57,463 nt of DNA from Candidatus Sumerlaeaceae bacterium (GCA_051003195.1 JBPCLP010000049.1:1-57463); one strand, 5' to 3'. Numbered from the stretch's first letter, positions 46,453 to 57,427 are shown. The notes: a model not told the origin generated them from the letters alone. Program-made: numbers and translations.

Positions 46453-49400
46453 TTAGATCCGCCAATGCTCGCTAAGCAGATGCTCGACTTTTGTTGGCTC
46501 CTGCGGTTCTGCAAAGTAGTATCCCTGCCCATGCTTACAACCCAGCGCTCTGAGTTGGAGCAACTGCTCCGCCGTTTCAACTCCTTCGGCAACTGCCTCC
46601 ATCCCCAGCGTTTGCGCCATCGCGACAATCGTCCGAACAATCTCCAGGCTTTCTTCTTTTACTCCAAGGTCATGCACAAATGACTTATCGATCTTTAGAG
46701 CGTCGATCGGGAACCGGTTCAAGTAAGCCAGTGACGAGTACCCCGTTCCAAAATCGTCAACGTGCAGCTGCACATCCAGCGCACGCAGTTGCAGAAGCAT
46801 AAGCGTGGATTCCTCGGCATTTTCCATAATAGTGCTCTCTGTTATTTCCAGCTTCAGCGACTGCGGCGCCAGGCCGGTTTCCTGCAGAACAACCTTCACG
46901 TTGGATACCAGTGACTCTTCACGAAACTGCCGCGCAGAAACGTTCACGCTGATCGTGGCGGATCGTGCCACGGTACCCAGATTATGCCATGCGTGCATTT
47001 GGCGGCAGGCTTCACGCAGGGACCACTGCCCAATCGGCACGATTAGTCCCGTCTCCTCGGCCAACGGTATAAACTCTGACGGGCTAAGTAACCCATGAAC
47101 TGGATGCTGCCATCGAATCAGTGCCTCAAACCCTGCCACCGTTCCGGTTCTTAGGGAAACAATCGGCTGGTAGTACAACACGAACTCAGTACGCTCCAGC
47201 GCCTTACGCAGATCGCCTTCCAATTTCAAAAGACCGATAACACGCGCGTGCATCGCCGCATCGAAAATCTCGTAGCGCCCTTTGCCTGCCGCCTTCGCCC
47301 TGTACATTGCGGCGTCGGCATCCCGCAGCAGGTCATCAGGTCGCTGGTAGCCAGTCGTACTTACCGCCACCCCTATGCTGGTTCCCGTAAATACATCGTG
47401 GTTATCGATCCGGAAGGGCCGCTCCAACTCGGTTAAAATTTTCCGCGCGACCATTACGGCAGAACCGACATCATCAATATCGTCTACGAACACGGCAAAC
47501 TCGTCTCCCCCGATTCGGGCTACCATGTCTTCAGTGCGCAGGCATAAACGAAGCCGTTCGGAAACCTCCACCAGAAGCCTGTCTCCGGAGCTGTGGCCCA
47601 GGCTGTCATTAATGTTCTTAAATCGATCCAGATCGAGAAACAAAACTGCAAACTTGTATGCCGGACGACGCAGTGTATGGGCAAGAGCGCGGCTCAGCCA
47701 ATCCATAAACAGCGCGCGATTTGGGAGATCTGTCAGCGAATCGTGAAACGCGCCATGGTGAAGCTGCATCTCCACCTCTTTGCGCTCTGTTACATCGTGA
47801 GCGACGCCGATGGTTCCAATTATTTCGCCGGTTGCATTTCGTAACGGTTCAATAAACCCGTTCAAGTGCCTGCCATGCCATTCAATCTCGAATGAAGAGT
47901 TGTGCCCCAGCAGCGCCCTCCTGTGCATGGTTATGGGAGTAAACTCCTCATCAGTGGTCCCGAAGTATTCGGCAAGCGTGGTTCCGAGTGCCGTCTTTAA
48001 TGGAATGCCGAGCCGCTCGAACGAGCTTCCCATCCCGATCACCAGCCGCAGTTCCAGGTCCGTTGTCCACATCACCACCGGCATTTGTGAAACCAGCAGC
48101 CGCAGTCGTTCCTCGCTTTGCCGCAACGCTACCTCAGTAAACGTTCGGTGCAGGGCACTGCTGCAGTAGTCCGCCAGCACCTGCAGGAGGCGCAGGTCCT
48201 CCATTGAATAGAGATCCGGAGTATACGACTGAATTGAAAGTATCCCGAAGTTTTCGGACCCGCGACGTATAGCCACAAACATCAGCGATGCCGAGGGTCG
48301 CCCGGCCGCACCAAAGCCAACGAGGTGCTCGCTCTCATCCGTCTGGCGCCGCAGGATTAGTTGCGGGCCACTCTCGAGCGTCTTCTGCGTGTTTAAGCTT
48401 GGTGTTCCATCATGCGTGGAGTAAATTTGCGTGCGCTGGCCCTCAATGAAATCGTATCCAACCAATGTCTTAAACGGCCCACCTGGTTCCATCGCATCCA
48501 GGAAAGCGGCATCCCAGCCGAATAACTCGTCTGCCGCACTGAGCACCGACGCTGCGGCTTGTTCAGGCGAAACACAGGCACTTAGCTTTTCACCAAGTTC
48601 CGCAAGCACACCCCGTGTTTTTGCCGTTCTCATTCTTTCGGTGATGTCGTGCGCCACAAACACGACCGTGTCGTTTGTCAGTGGGCCCACACTTGCCGAA
48701 AACCATGCTTCCGCACTGCCTTTACCTGCGCGGTACTCGAGCACCATTGGGCGCTTTGTATCCAGGCACGTGCGAACGTACTCGTGGATGCGCTGCGCGA
48801 TCTCGATTGGAAGCACCTCATATGCCGTTTTGCCTATCAAAGGCTCCTGAAGCTTCTGCAGGCGCGGCGATCGCGTGGGCGCGACTTTCACATATCGGCA
48901 GTCGCGATCATAAACGATAATGATATCGCTCATTGCGGAAAATAACGAGCGTAGCTCCGCTTCGGACCTCCGAAATGCTTCCTCAGCCAGGCAGCGGCCC
49001 ACCGTCGGCCCAATGATGTCGGCCATGTGCTGCAACAGCTGCAGGTCTTTTTCGTAAAAGAAACCGCGCGTATAGCTTTGTATCGAGATGACGCCAACTG
49101 TCTCATCTCCGATCTTTAACCCGGCAAAGAGCAGCGACTCACTACAACGCTGCACGTCGCCGTAACGCGGTAAGTCGTTTGCCGAATCTGGTTCACGATT
49201 AATCAGCAGTGGAATGCCACTGCGAATCGGATGCGAGGGATCCAGTTTGTTCAGGTTCTCGCCGCCCGATGGCCAGTGGACTCTATTCCCTTGAACGGTA
49301 TCGGTCGCCACCACTCCCGAAAATCGTCCATCGGGCATTTTTAACGACAGAAAATACGCATCCCACGGCCACAATCGCAGGGTTGCTGCTTCCACAAAAC

Positions 49401-50862
49401 TTCCGATTTCACCTGCGGTCATGGAAGCAGCCAGTTGAGCGCTCAGTTCCGAGACTACTGCCTGCTCAAGTTCCGCGCGGCGCCTGGCAGACACGTCCGT
49501 CATTGCCCCAATGGTACCGATCACCGCACCGTCAGCATCGCGCAAGGGAGTGCCGCTTACTTCCACCCAGAAAGACGTTCCGTCGCGCTTCCGCAACTCC
49601 GCGACGTAGCGGCTGGCTTGACCCTCGGAGCGCTGATCCAGGCGCTCGAGCATGGCCGGAACATCTTCCTCTTTCAGCAGCAGCTCATAAGCGGTGTGCC
49701 CTAACATTTCCTCCGGGCTGTAGCCGGACAGCTCAAGGAATCGGCTGTTAACATACTGCACCACATCTTTCATGTCAGTAATGATGAGCCCTTCTCCAAG
49801 GCTTTCCACCACATCACGAAACCGCTCCTCCGACACTTCCAGCGCCTTCTGCGTCCGCGTACGTTCCAATGCACCCGCACAATGATCGGCGAGCATCTGC
49901 AAAGTGTCCAGATCCTCCTCGTCATAGGCACGTGCCGTGTAACTCTGGATCGACAGCACACCGATCATGGAGTTTTTTGTACGGATGGGGACGTAGAGTA
50001 TCGACGCCGAAGCACGGTTCATGTCGCCATAAGAAATTAGGTCCGCTGATTTTTCCGGGCTGTCGGTGCGCAGAATCAGTTGTGCACTTCCGGCAAGTAC
50101 ACGACGCATCATCGCGCTCGGCTTCAGAGGTGACGCAGGTCGAGGAAGCTCCCTTTGCGCTCCTTCGATCGTGTCTACATTCAGAATGATTTCGACAAGG
50201 TCGATTTCCGAATGGTACAGGTCCACCAGACACGCGTCCCACCCCAGCAGTTCCTGCGCCGCGTTAACAATAATACGGCTCGCATCCACGCTCGACAAGG
50301 CCGAACTAAGTTTGGTCCCCAGCGCGGCCATTGCGGCACTGCGGCGTTCCGCCATGCATCGCTTGATCGATGGCGCCACAACATCCGCAATCCGCTGCAA
50401 TAACCCCAGGTCGCTTTCGCTGAATTGATTTACAGTATACGATTGGAGAGATACGATACCCATCGGCTGACCTGCGAGCCGCATTGCTGCATACATCAGG
50501 CTCGCAGAAGGGCGACTCACGTCGCCAAACCGGCGCAGCGTCGGTCCGGAATAATCCGGCTCGCGGTTTATTAGTACTGTCCGGCCATTCAACAGGTCGC
50601 CGACATGCTGATACTCACGCGCCTCAAAGCGGCGCGCAGGGATGGCGCGCCGTTCATTGTTCACGGTGTCGATCTGCAGGATGGTGTCGTACCATGCACG
50701 TCCAAGTCGGCGCACCGACATGAAGCAGGCATCCCACTGCCACAACTCATCGAATGCCCGCTGGACCAGCACCGCAATCCGCTCAGTAGACGCAGCTCCA
50801 CCCAACTCTGCCGAGAGGCGGAGAAGGCAATCCATCTCCTCATTGGCCGAGTAAAGGCTCAT
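46453..50862 (-). CDS. GAF-GAF-PAS-GAF-PAS-GAF-PAS-GGDEF-EAL diguanylate cyclase/phosphodiesterase
   Basis: Four S(I/L)QSYT GAF units, PAS ends D(V/I)(T/S).R, ARIGGDEF, FEALIRW and DDFGTGYSSL. Confidence 0.95.
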   Translation of the reverse strand: MSLYSANEEMDCLLRLSAELGGAASTERIAVLVQRAFDELWQWDACFMSVRRLGRAWYDTILQIDTVNNERRAIPARRFEAREYQHVGDLLNGRTVLINREPDYSGPTLRRFGDVSRPSASLMYAAMRLAGQPMGIVSLQSYTVNQFSESDLGLLQRIADVVAPSIKRCMAERRSAAMAALGTKLSSALSSVDASRIIVNAAQELLGWDACLVDLYHSEIDLVEIILNVDTIEGAQRELPRPASPLKPSAMMRRVLAGSAQLILRTDSPEKSADLISYGDMNRASASILYVPIRTKNSMIGVLSIQSYTARAYDEEDLDTLQMLADHCAGALERTRTQKALEVSEERFRDVVESLGEGLIITDMKDVVQYVNSRFLELSGYSPEEMLGHTAYELLLKEEDVPAMLERLDQRSEGQASRYVAELRKRDGTSFWVEVSGTPLRDADGAVIGTIGAMTDVSARRRAELEQAVVSELSAQLAASMTAGEIGSFVEAATLRLWPWDAYFLSLKMPDGRFSGVVATDTVQGNRVHWPSGGENLNKLDPSHPIRSGIPLLINREPDSANDLPRYGDVQRCSESLLFAGLKIGDETVGVISIQSYTRGFFYEKDLQLLQHMADIIGPTVGRCLAEEAFRRSEAELRSLFSAMSDIIIVYDRDCRYVKVAPTRSPRLQKLQEPLIGKTAYEVLPIEIAQRIHEYVRTCLDTKRPMVLEYRAGKGSAEAWFSASVGPLTNDTVVFVAHDITERMRTAKTRGVLAELGEKLSACVSPEQAAASVLSAADELFGWDAAFLDAMEPGGPFKTLVGYDFIEGQRTQIYSTHDGTPSLNTQKTLESGPQLILRRQTDESEHLVGFGAAGRPSASLMFVAIRRGSENFGILSIQSYTPDLYSMEDLRLLQVLADYCSSALHRTFTEVALRQSEERLRLLVSQMPVVMWTTDLELRLVIGMGSSFERLGIPLKTALGTTLAEYFGTTDEEFTPITMHRRALLGHNSSFEIEWHGRHLNGFIEPLRNATGEIIGTIGVAHDVTERKEVEMQLHHGAFHDSLTDLPNRALFMDWLSRALAHTLRRPAYKFAVLFLDLDRFKNINDSLGHSSGDRLLVEVSERLRLCLRTEDMVARIGGDEFAVFVDDIDDVGSAVMVARKILTELERPFRIDNHDVFTGTSIGVAVSTTGYQRPDDLLRDADAAMYRAKAAGKGRYEIFDAAMHARVIGLLKLEGDLRKALERTEFVLYYQPIVSLRTGTVAGFEALIRWQHPVHGLLSPSEFIPLAEETGLIVPIGQWSLREACRQMHAWHNLGTVARSATISVNVSARQFREESLVSNVKVVLQETGLAPQSLKLEITESTIMENAEESTLMLLQLRALDVQLHVDDFGTGYSSLAYLNRFPIDALKIDKSFVHDLGVKEESLEIVRTIVAMAQTLGMEAVAEGVETAEQLLQLRALGCKHGQGYYFAEPQEPTKVEHLLSEHWRI

Positions 50863-50972
50863 CGCCTCAACCCTCTGCTGCGCACCTCGATTGCTGACGC
50901 CCCCTGCTTACCCATATTACACGCGTAGCAAAAACGACAAACACTCCGCAACGTTTTTCGATGAACCTCGAA

Positions 50973-52106
50973 TTAAATAATACGAAACAGAAAAACGAGC
51001 ACAAACGCAAGCCAGCCCAGCACGCTCGCGGAAATGAAATAGCCTATTGCCACCACCGGGATTGAAAAAGGCGTGTAGATTGAGACAAGCATCCGCGTCC
51101 GCACCCGGATTTCATCGTGATAATAGCTCGCCAGCCTTCGCATCAGGAACGGCGCCTCGGCGCTCGCTTCACCGGCAATGACCATCGCAAGTGCATCCGG
51201 GTCAAGCACTCCCGTCTGGCGCAGCGTTTCACCTAGTGACTCCCCATCTGCAATGTAATGCACCCATTTAGCGAGCCGTTCACCGATAATGACATTCGGC
51301 GCCGACGCAGCCGCCATCTCGTAACCCAGCGTTACCGGCATTCCCGCTTCCACCGTAGCCGACAGCACTTCGAAGAACACGCCCACAGCGTACTTCTTTG
51401 ACACACCCCCAAGTCCCGGAACGGTCAGAATAAACGCATCGACTGCCCTGCGGAACTGCCGTAGCTTGATTGCGGTGCTGACAATAAGTGCGGCAATGGT
51501 CCCCATCACAACCGGGCCGAAGTACACATTGAGATAATGCCAAAACGCCTGGATAGTATCCATTTTGCCCGTCATGGAAGCAATCGTCGTATCGCGCCCT
51601 ACCATGATAAACGATCCGAGCACGACAAGCGCTGCCGGGTACCAGATGGAGCGCAGGATTAACCCCCGAATCTCCAGCATCCACTGATAATGCCGAACAA
51701 TGAGATCCAAAGTCGTGGTAAGGCGACCCGATTGCTGGCCCAGGATGAGTAGCGCCTGCACGAGCAGCGGCAGATCGCGATCCCCACGAACGGCCGCAAC
51801 CAGGCTGGAGCCCTGCGCCAGCCGTGCGCCCACAAGCCCAGCAGCACGCTTAACCCGCAACCGCTCACTGCTTGTCTCAAGCAACTTCAGCGCCTGAATC
51901 ACCGGAACTCCCGCACTCAGAAGAGTCCGCAGCTCCAATGAGAAAAAGAACCAGTCACGGTTGCTTGGTTTACCGAACTGCTTCAACAGCGGCAAATCCG
52001 GATTGAGATTTCCGGGCGCGGGCGCTGCGGACACCACGCGTTTCGGCTTGGTGTGGATCGGGGGATACTGCGGCCGCGGTGGATCCTCTCGCATATCCTG
52101 GAACAT
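50973..52106 (-). CDS. Type II secretion F / PilC family protein
   Basis: LRTLLSAGVP..AL, GQQSGRL, YP, GESL..L and MVIAGE; two T2SSF repeats. Confidence 0.85.
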   Translation of the reverse strand: MFQDMREDPPRPQYPPIHTKPKRVVSAAPAPGNLNPDLPLLKQFGKPSNRDWFFFSLELRTLLSAGVPVIQALKLLETSSERLRVKRAAGLVGARLAQGSSLVAAVRGDRDLPLLVQALLILGQQSGRLTTTLDLIVRHYQWMLEIRGLILRSIWYPAALVVLGSFIMVGRDTTIASMTGKMDTIQAFWHYLNVYFGPVVMGTIAALIVSTAIKLRQFRRAVDAFILTVPGLGGVSKKYAVGVFFEVLSATVEAGMPVTLGYEMAAASAPNVIIGERLAKWVHYIADGESLGETLRQTGVLDPDALAMVIAGEASAEAPFLMRRLASYYHDEIRVRTRMLVSIYTPFSIPVVAIGYFISASVLGWLAFVLVFLFRII

Positions 52107-52213
52107 TCTTCACCCCGGTTGTACAGGTCAAGTGCCTCGCCCGTTTGGCCGGGTTTTCGCTCTCAGTGGAGTTCAGCTAATTCGCAGTACCGAAAGGGTT
52201 TAGGATACGCCTG

Positions 52214-53593
52214 ATGGCTACGGCACTACAAACCGCCCGCCTGCTGGACTACTTCACCATCATTCCCGATGGCGAAAACCAGCGGTTGCTTGTTGTGCCC
52301 GATGGCAATGGCATGTGGACGTTGCCGCGCTGGCGTGACACAGACGATCACTACTGGCAGGCCGTTAATCACGTGAACTCCACCGTACGCCATACCTGGG
52401 GATTGAAGGTAACCACGCTACGGTGTCTGTGCAACCGGCGAAACGTCAAAGGCAGGCGCGACTGCCGTATTTACGAAATGGAAACTCACGGCGGAATTCC
52501 GAAGATTCTTCCGATGCAGGCTCGATGGGTTTCTGAGCAGGAGATCGGCAGCTTGGAAATTTCGGAACCAGAACACCGGTTATTGATGCGTTCATGGTTT
52601 CTTGATGTCTCCTCCCCGGAACCACATCATAGCCGCACGCCGTGGATGCGGCGCGGCTGGATCGCGAATGCCGTGTCCTGGATGCTGGATCAGCTTAGCC
52701 GCCTTGCAATTCTACCTACGGGGCCTGTCGAGCAAATGCGGATCTGGCACCGCAGCGCCATATTGCGCGTGCCCACCAATGAGGGCTACGTCTACTTCAA
52801 GGCGCTGCCGCCATCTCCTCCCGCAGCGGATTCCCTGGCTCACGAGCTGATATCGCAGTATGCAGAATACCTCCCAAGCCATGTAGCGGTAGACCCCCAT
52901 CGCGGATGGAGCATGATCCGCGAACCCGGCAGCGGCTCGTCCAGCAATGGAAGCTCGGAGGAAGGTTGGCAGGAGGCAATCCAGGCACTCGCACGCATTC
53001 AACGCAACAGCGTCAACCACGTAAAACGTTACTTACAGATGGGTTTGCCAGACCGCAGGGTAGGCCGTATGCCAACGCGAGTTGAACTGCTGCTGGGCGA
53101 TCTCGAATCCATTGCACCGCACCGCTCCCGCGCATTAAAGGATCACGAGATTCAACGTCTCCAGGACCTCGAGCCTCGATTGAAAAGCGACTGCGCGCGG
53201 CTGGCCACTTATCGAATTCCACCCGCGCTTGAACACGGAGATTTCTTTGCCGGCGATGCCGTCATTCAGCAACCGGGCGCCATTTTCCTCGACTGGTCGG
53301 AAGCCGCCGTTTCTCACCCCTTCTTCAGCGTCGCACTCAACAGCACCGAATCCGACGGAACTTTGGCGGATGCCTCTGTTCGCTCACGATTGCGGGATAC
53401 CTATCTGCAGGCGTGGAGCAGTTTTGAAACGCCCGACAGGCTTCTGGAGGCGTTCGAAATCGCGTACCGACTCGCGCCGCTCCACTACGCGGTCACCCTC
53501 CACCAGATGGGACTGCCCAATGTGGAAACACAATGGGAGGTCGAGGTAAGCCTTCCTTACTTCCTGCGACTCCTGCTCGTTCGCTACCCCTGA
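52214..53593 (+). CDS. APH/choline-kinase-fold phosphotransferase
   Basis: VYFKA, LARIQ, HGDF and FLDWSEA..HPF. Confidence 0.75.
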   Translation: MATALQTARLLDYFTIIPDGENQRLLVVPDGNGMWTLPRWRDTDDHYWQAVNHVNSTVRHTWGLKVTTLRCLCNRRNVKGRRDCRIYEMETHGGIPKILPMQARWVSEQEIGSLEISEPEHRLLMRSWFLDVSSPEPHHSRTPWMRRGWIANAVSWMLDQLSRLAILPTGPVEQMRIWHRSAILRVPTNEGYVYFKALPPSPPAADSLAHELISQYAEYLPSHVAVDPHRGWSMIREPGSGSSSNGSSEEGWQEAIQALARIQRNSVNHVKRYLQMGLPDRRVGRMPTRVELLLGDLESIAPHRSRALKDHEIQRLQDLEPRLKSDCARLATYRIPPALEHGDFFAGDAVIQQPGAIFLDWSEAAVSHPFFSVALNSTESDGTLADASVRSRLRDTYLQAWSSFETPDRLLEAFEIAYRLAPLHYAVTLHQMGLPNVETQWEVEVSLPYFLRLLLVRYP

Positions 53594-53596
53594 AAC

Positions 53597-54010
53597 TCAA
53601 AACCCCGAGTATTCCGTTCCAATGCTTTTCACTCGATTCGATCCGTCAAACTCCAGGATGACCCAGGCGCGTCGCTCCTCATACACCCCGATCCTTCTCA
53701 AAAAACCCAAGGTGTGGCTTCCCACGTCATCCACATATACAAACCTCGTCGGATCCGGACCGAATTTTGTGGAGGCGTCGGTAAAAACAAATTTATGCCT
53801 CTCAAGGTGACTCTGCACTTGTGGCCATTCCTGCCCCAGGCGCGCACCCTCAAGAATCAATTGCCGCCTTGCAGCACGGTGCCATAGCGGCCTGATGTCC
53901 ACCATAAGCCAACCCAGCGCAAGCACCAGCAGCACACCGAGAATCGCCAGCGTTCCATAGCGGCGAACCGATGTGGTTTTAGTCTCGGATATCCGCGAGT
54001 CTTCGTCCAT
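53597..54010 (-). CDS. Hypothetical membrane-anchored protein
   Basis: Single N-terminal TM; fills the gap downstream of the patatin gene. Confidence 0.55.
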   Translation of the reverse strand: MDEDSRISETKTTSVRRYGTLAILGVLLVLALGWLMVDIRPLWHRAARRQLILEGARLGQEWPQVQSHLERHKFVFTDASTKFGPDPTRFVYVDDVGSHTLGFLRRIGVYEERRAWVILEFDGSNRVKSIGTEYSGF

Positions 54011-54038
54011 CTGTTATGCGCATGCTACAAAAGCGGCG

Positions 54039-55628
54039 TCATGGCAACGGCAGAATTTTTGACACGACCTTCGCTGTGCTTTTGGTGCTCGGTTTCGCTT
54101 TGATGGCGCGCTTCACTTTCTTCGCGATCTCAGGCTTCGGCGGCGGCGCACTCAAGCGTTGATAGGCATCGAGCAGCGGTCCTGCCATACGCTGCACATT
54201 CGCAACCGCGGCCGCATCCAATGCGGAGCGATGCTTTTCGGTGAGCTTAAATGAAGTCGGTATGTTTTTTAGCTGCTGTTCTGTCTGCTCGTCATAACCC
54301 TCCATGCGGATAAAAACGGCTTCCAGCTTTGAATGCTCATGAAAATCCGCAGCGATCGCACCGTAGAATGCCAGCGGGCGCATCGAGCCGATATCGTACA
54401 TCCGTGGAATCACACTTGTCAGGCCCCACACTTTTCCTTCCCGCAAGGCCTTCGTTTCCATTCGTTGCGATGCATCCACCACGAGCAATAGCACCGGCTG
54501 ATTGTGCGGCAAAGTTTTTAACAGGCTGAGAACCGAATCGACTCCAAGATTCTCCGCCACACCACCGTCAGCCACGTAAGCAACATCCGACAGCGTAAGG
54601 TTATTATCCACTCGTCCCAGCGAAGTGAATGGGATGTTCTTCGAATAAACCCGCAGTGGAACCGGCGCCAGCATGAGCGGATACGCGGCGCTTGCCGCAA
54701 TCGACTGCGCGAGGCGGAACTGGCCGACGTCGCTGCCGATGTCTTCAAAGGTCAGAGGCTGAACCAGGTTGTGCAGGGTGAGCGCATCGGTTTCCGCAAT
54801 CGCGATCGCCGTGCCCCCGGTATCCATAATCGACGGAAAACGCTTAGCTGGCAGATTCGTCATGACCAGGCGCTGGCCCGAATTATAGATCGTCCCATTT
54901 ACCAGCAGAACCGGCGCCGGGTCAACCGCCTGCAATTCCTGCACGCGCAGGTGATCGAACGTAATCTGCTTTCCCCCCAGCAGCTTCTCGATTTCATCCG
55001 CGAGAAGATCGGTACGCGTAACGGAAGACGCCAGCAACTGAATCGCCAGCGGAGGAAACCAGGCCATGTGGCCGTATGTCCGCCACTGAAGATTCACTGC
55101 CATGGCGTTCCGAAATTCCTGGTAGAAACCCGGCTGGTGCCGCTCATTAAAATGCGTCAGGTAATATCCTGCCGCGAATCCGCCCGCAGATACGGTGGAC
55201 ATGGCGCGAACGGTATCCAGCATGGAAAAGCCGCACTCGCAGTTTGGATCAGGACCCGCCGCCGGTGCCCCTGGAACCGGCATCTTTGAAAGCTCCTCCA
55301 TCACGCGCGCAGCGTAATACGCGCTCCGGCTGCCACCACCGGAAATGCTCATCAGCACCAGCGGTTCCCCTGCACGTGCAGGTGCCATCATGTAGTCGAA
55401 CCGCTCATGGCCAGGCAGGAGCGGCTGGTTCTTGGCATGTTTCGCCAGCTTTTCAGTGTCGCGTGCATCCGGTGGAATGGGGCACGGAGCCGCGGACACC
55501 GTTGCCGCACCTGGTGTTTCAGGCCATTGTATGGAAGTCGCAGCCTGTGCCCTGCAGCGCGTCGGCGCATAAAGGCAGGCGCTGACCAGCGCGACCGCGG
55601 TCAGGTCGCGATATTTACGATTATCCAT
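54039..55628 (-). CDS. Secreted patatin-like phospholipase
   Basis: SGGGSRSA, STVSAGG, AASAAYP and ADGGVAENLG; start likely 55628 or 55634 ahead of the signal peptide. Confidence 0.85.
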   Translation of the reverse strand: MDNRKYRDLTAVALVSACLYAPTRCRAQAATSIQWPETPGAATVSAAPCPIPPDARDTEKLAKHAKNQPLLPGHERFDYMMAPARAGEPLVLMSISGGGSRSAYYAARVMEELSKMPVPGAPAAGPDPNCECGFSMLDTVRAMSTVSAGGFAAGYYLTHFNERHQPGFYQEFRNAMAVNLQWRTYGHMAWFPPLAIQLLASSVTRTDLLADEIEKLLGGKQITFDHLRVQELQAVDPAPVLLVNGTIYNSGQRLVMTNLPAKRFPSIMDTGGTAIAIAETDALTLHNLVQPLTFEDIGSDVGQFRLAQSIAASAAYPLMLAPVPLRVYSKNIPFTSLGRVDNNLTLSDVAYVADGGVAENLGVDSVLSLLKTLPHNQPVLLLVVDASQRMETKALREGKVWGLTSVIPRMYDIGSMRPLAFYGAIAADFHEHSKLEAVFIRMEGYDEQTEQQLKNIPTSFKLTEKHRSALDAAAVANVQRMAGPLLDAYQRLSAPPPKPEIAKKVKRAIKAKPSTKSTAKVVSKILPLP

Positions 55629-55794
55629 AAGCATCGGCGCGCTTCTTGTACCTGCCAGATGCCCGATTGCCAGTGTTTTCCACAGGCTGCCCATTGCACC
55701 CAGACCTGTGCAGGAAATAACAAACTCTCGCACGCGGGACTCAGACCTGCCTTTTCGTGTTGCGGGGCCGCAATCGCATTCCGAGTCATACCTC

Positions 55795-57165
55795 ATGTCC
55801 AGGCCAATGATCAGCGTCGCCGGAATCCGGGGCATCGTCGGCGACTCACTCCTTCCCGAAGAATTTCTGCGTTACGTGCTGGCATTCGCCACACTTGTCG
55901 ATGGCGGTCCAGTCGTAGTGGGCAGCGATAGCCGACTTTCCCGCGAAATGATGCGGCACCTCGCATTTGCGGGGCTCACCAGCGCGGGCTGCACGGTGCA
56001 TGACATTGGCCTGGCGCCGACACCTACTGTCGGCATGATGGTGCGTCAGTACGAATGCGTCGGAGGCATCGCAATCACTGCGAGCCACAACCCCGCACAA
56101 TGGAATGCATACAAGTTTTTCGACGCACACGGCTCTTTCCTGGATGAGGCAGCAAACGCCCGTCTGCTTGAAATCGCCGCCACCGGAGAGTTTCGGCGCT
56201 GTGGGTTTAAGGAACTCGGAAAGGTCATCGCACGCCACGACGCCATTGACCGACACGTCACCGCGGTTCTCGAGCACGTGGATGTCGACCGCATCCGCGC
56301 ACGTAAGTTCCGCGTGGTCGTCGATTGTGTGAATGGTGTGGGATCGCGGATCGTGCCGCTGTTGCTCGAAAGGCTGGGCTGCGAAGCGAACGTGCTCTAC
56401 ACCAACGTGGATGCCGAATTTCCGCACAACCCCGAGCCCCTGCCCGAAAACCTGGCAATGCTCTCCAAAAGCATCGAGAAGCTGAAGCCCGACGTCGGCT
56501 TTGCAGTCGATCCTGACGCCGATCGTCTTGCCATTGCCGATGAAACCGGTCGGCCCATTGGAGAGGAACGCACGCTTACTCTCGCCGCCGCCGCGGCGCT
56601 CGAGAGGGCTGAAAGCGAAGGCAAGCCACTTGGTCCTCTGGTTGCAAACCTTAGCACAACCCGCGCAATGGACGATGTCGCTGCGCGTTTTGGTGTTCGG
56701 CTTTTCCGCACTCCCATCGGGGAAGCGCACGTCGTTGCGCGCATCCGAAGCGAGCACGCGCTGATTGGCGGCGAGGGCAACGGCGGTGTGATTTACCCGC
56801 CCGTACACCATGGTCGCGACGCTGCGACTGGCATTGCCTTGATCCTCGATGCACTCGCCCGGGCAGGAGACAATGTCAAAGTCAGCGAACTGAACAGCCG
56901 CGTCCCCGACTACATCATGATTAAAACGAAGTTCGATGTCAAAGGCCCGCTTGTCGACACCTTGGCCGACGCGATGCGCACCGAATTCGCTGACGCCAGT
57001 GAGTTGGTAACCGAAGACGGCGTAAAAGCTGTCTACCCCGATTGCTGGGTGCACGCCCGACCCTCAGGCACTGAACCCGTCGTTCGCATCTTCGCCGAGG
57101 CGCCAGACCAGCCAAAAGCCAGTGCCCTCGTAAAACGCGCCCGAAAAGCTGTAATCGGTGACTGA
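55795..57165 (+). CDS. Phosphohexomutase (GlmM/PMM family)
   Basis: SVAGIRG, PTPT, ITASHNP, DPDADR, GGEGNGG and RPSGTEP; start ATG 55795. Confidence 0.93.
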   Translation: MSRPMISVAGIRGIVGDSLLPEEFLRYVLAFATLVDGGPVVVGSDSRLSREMMRHLAFAGLTSAGCTVHDIGLAPTPTVGMMVRQYECVGGIAITASHNPAQWNAYKFFDAHGSFLDEAANARLLEIAATGEFRRCGFKELGKVIARHDAIDRHVTAVLEHVDVDRIRARKFRVVVDCVNGVGSRIVPLLLERLGCEANVLYTNVDAEFPHNPEPLPENLAMLSKSIEKLKPDVGFAVDPDADRLAIADETGRPIGEERTLTLAAAAALERAESEGKPLGPLVANLSTTRAMDDVAARFGVRLFRTPIGEAHVVARIRSEHALIGGEGNGGVIYPPVHHGRDAATGIALILDALARAGDNVKVSELNSRVPDYIMIKTKFDVKGPLVDTLADAMRTEFADASELVTEDGVKAVYPDCWVHARPSGTEPVVRIFAEAPDQPKASALVKRARKAVIGD

Positions 57166-57194
57166 TGCCCCTCAAACAAAATGACGAACGACCC

Positions 57195-57427
57195 TCTGGG
57201 TGCTGTCTCAGAATTTCGCGGCATAGTTTCAGGATTACGGCTTTTTGGAATCCGCAACCCCACAGGTTTTTTGCACCGAAGGTGCAGCGGGACCCAGCCC
57301 AGGGTAAGGAGGCCACGGCTTTTTGTGGCCGACGCAGCCCTGGGTTACAGCACCCCATTTTTCGCGCCCTGAAGGGGCGCCGGAAAGCGCGCAAATTTCG
57401 TTACGAATCTCTTGGACAAGAGCCCAG
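57195..57427. mobile_element. Larger MITE-like element enclosing a REP-like multi-hairpin
   Basis: Ends GGTG-N10-ATTTCG and (reverse complement) GCTC-N10-GATTCGTA; internal hairpins at 57272-57380. Confidence 0.5.

Noticed and set aside
55846..57054. 402-aa minus-strand ORF
   Set aside because: Antisense shadow of the phosphohexomutase gene
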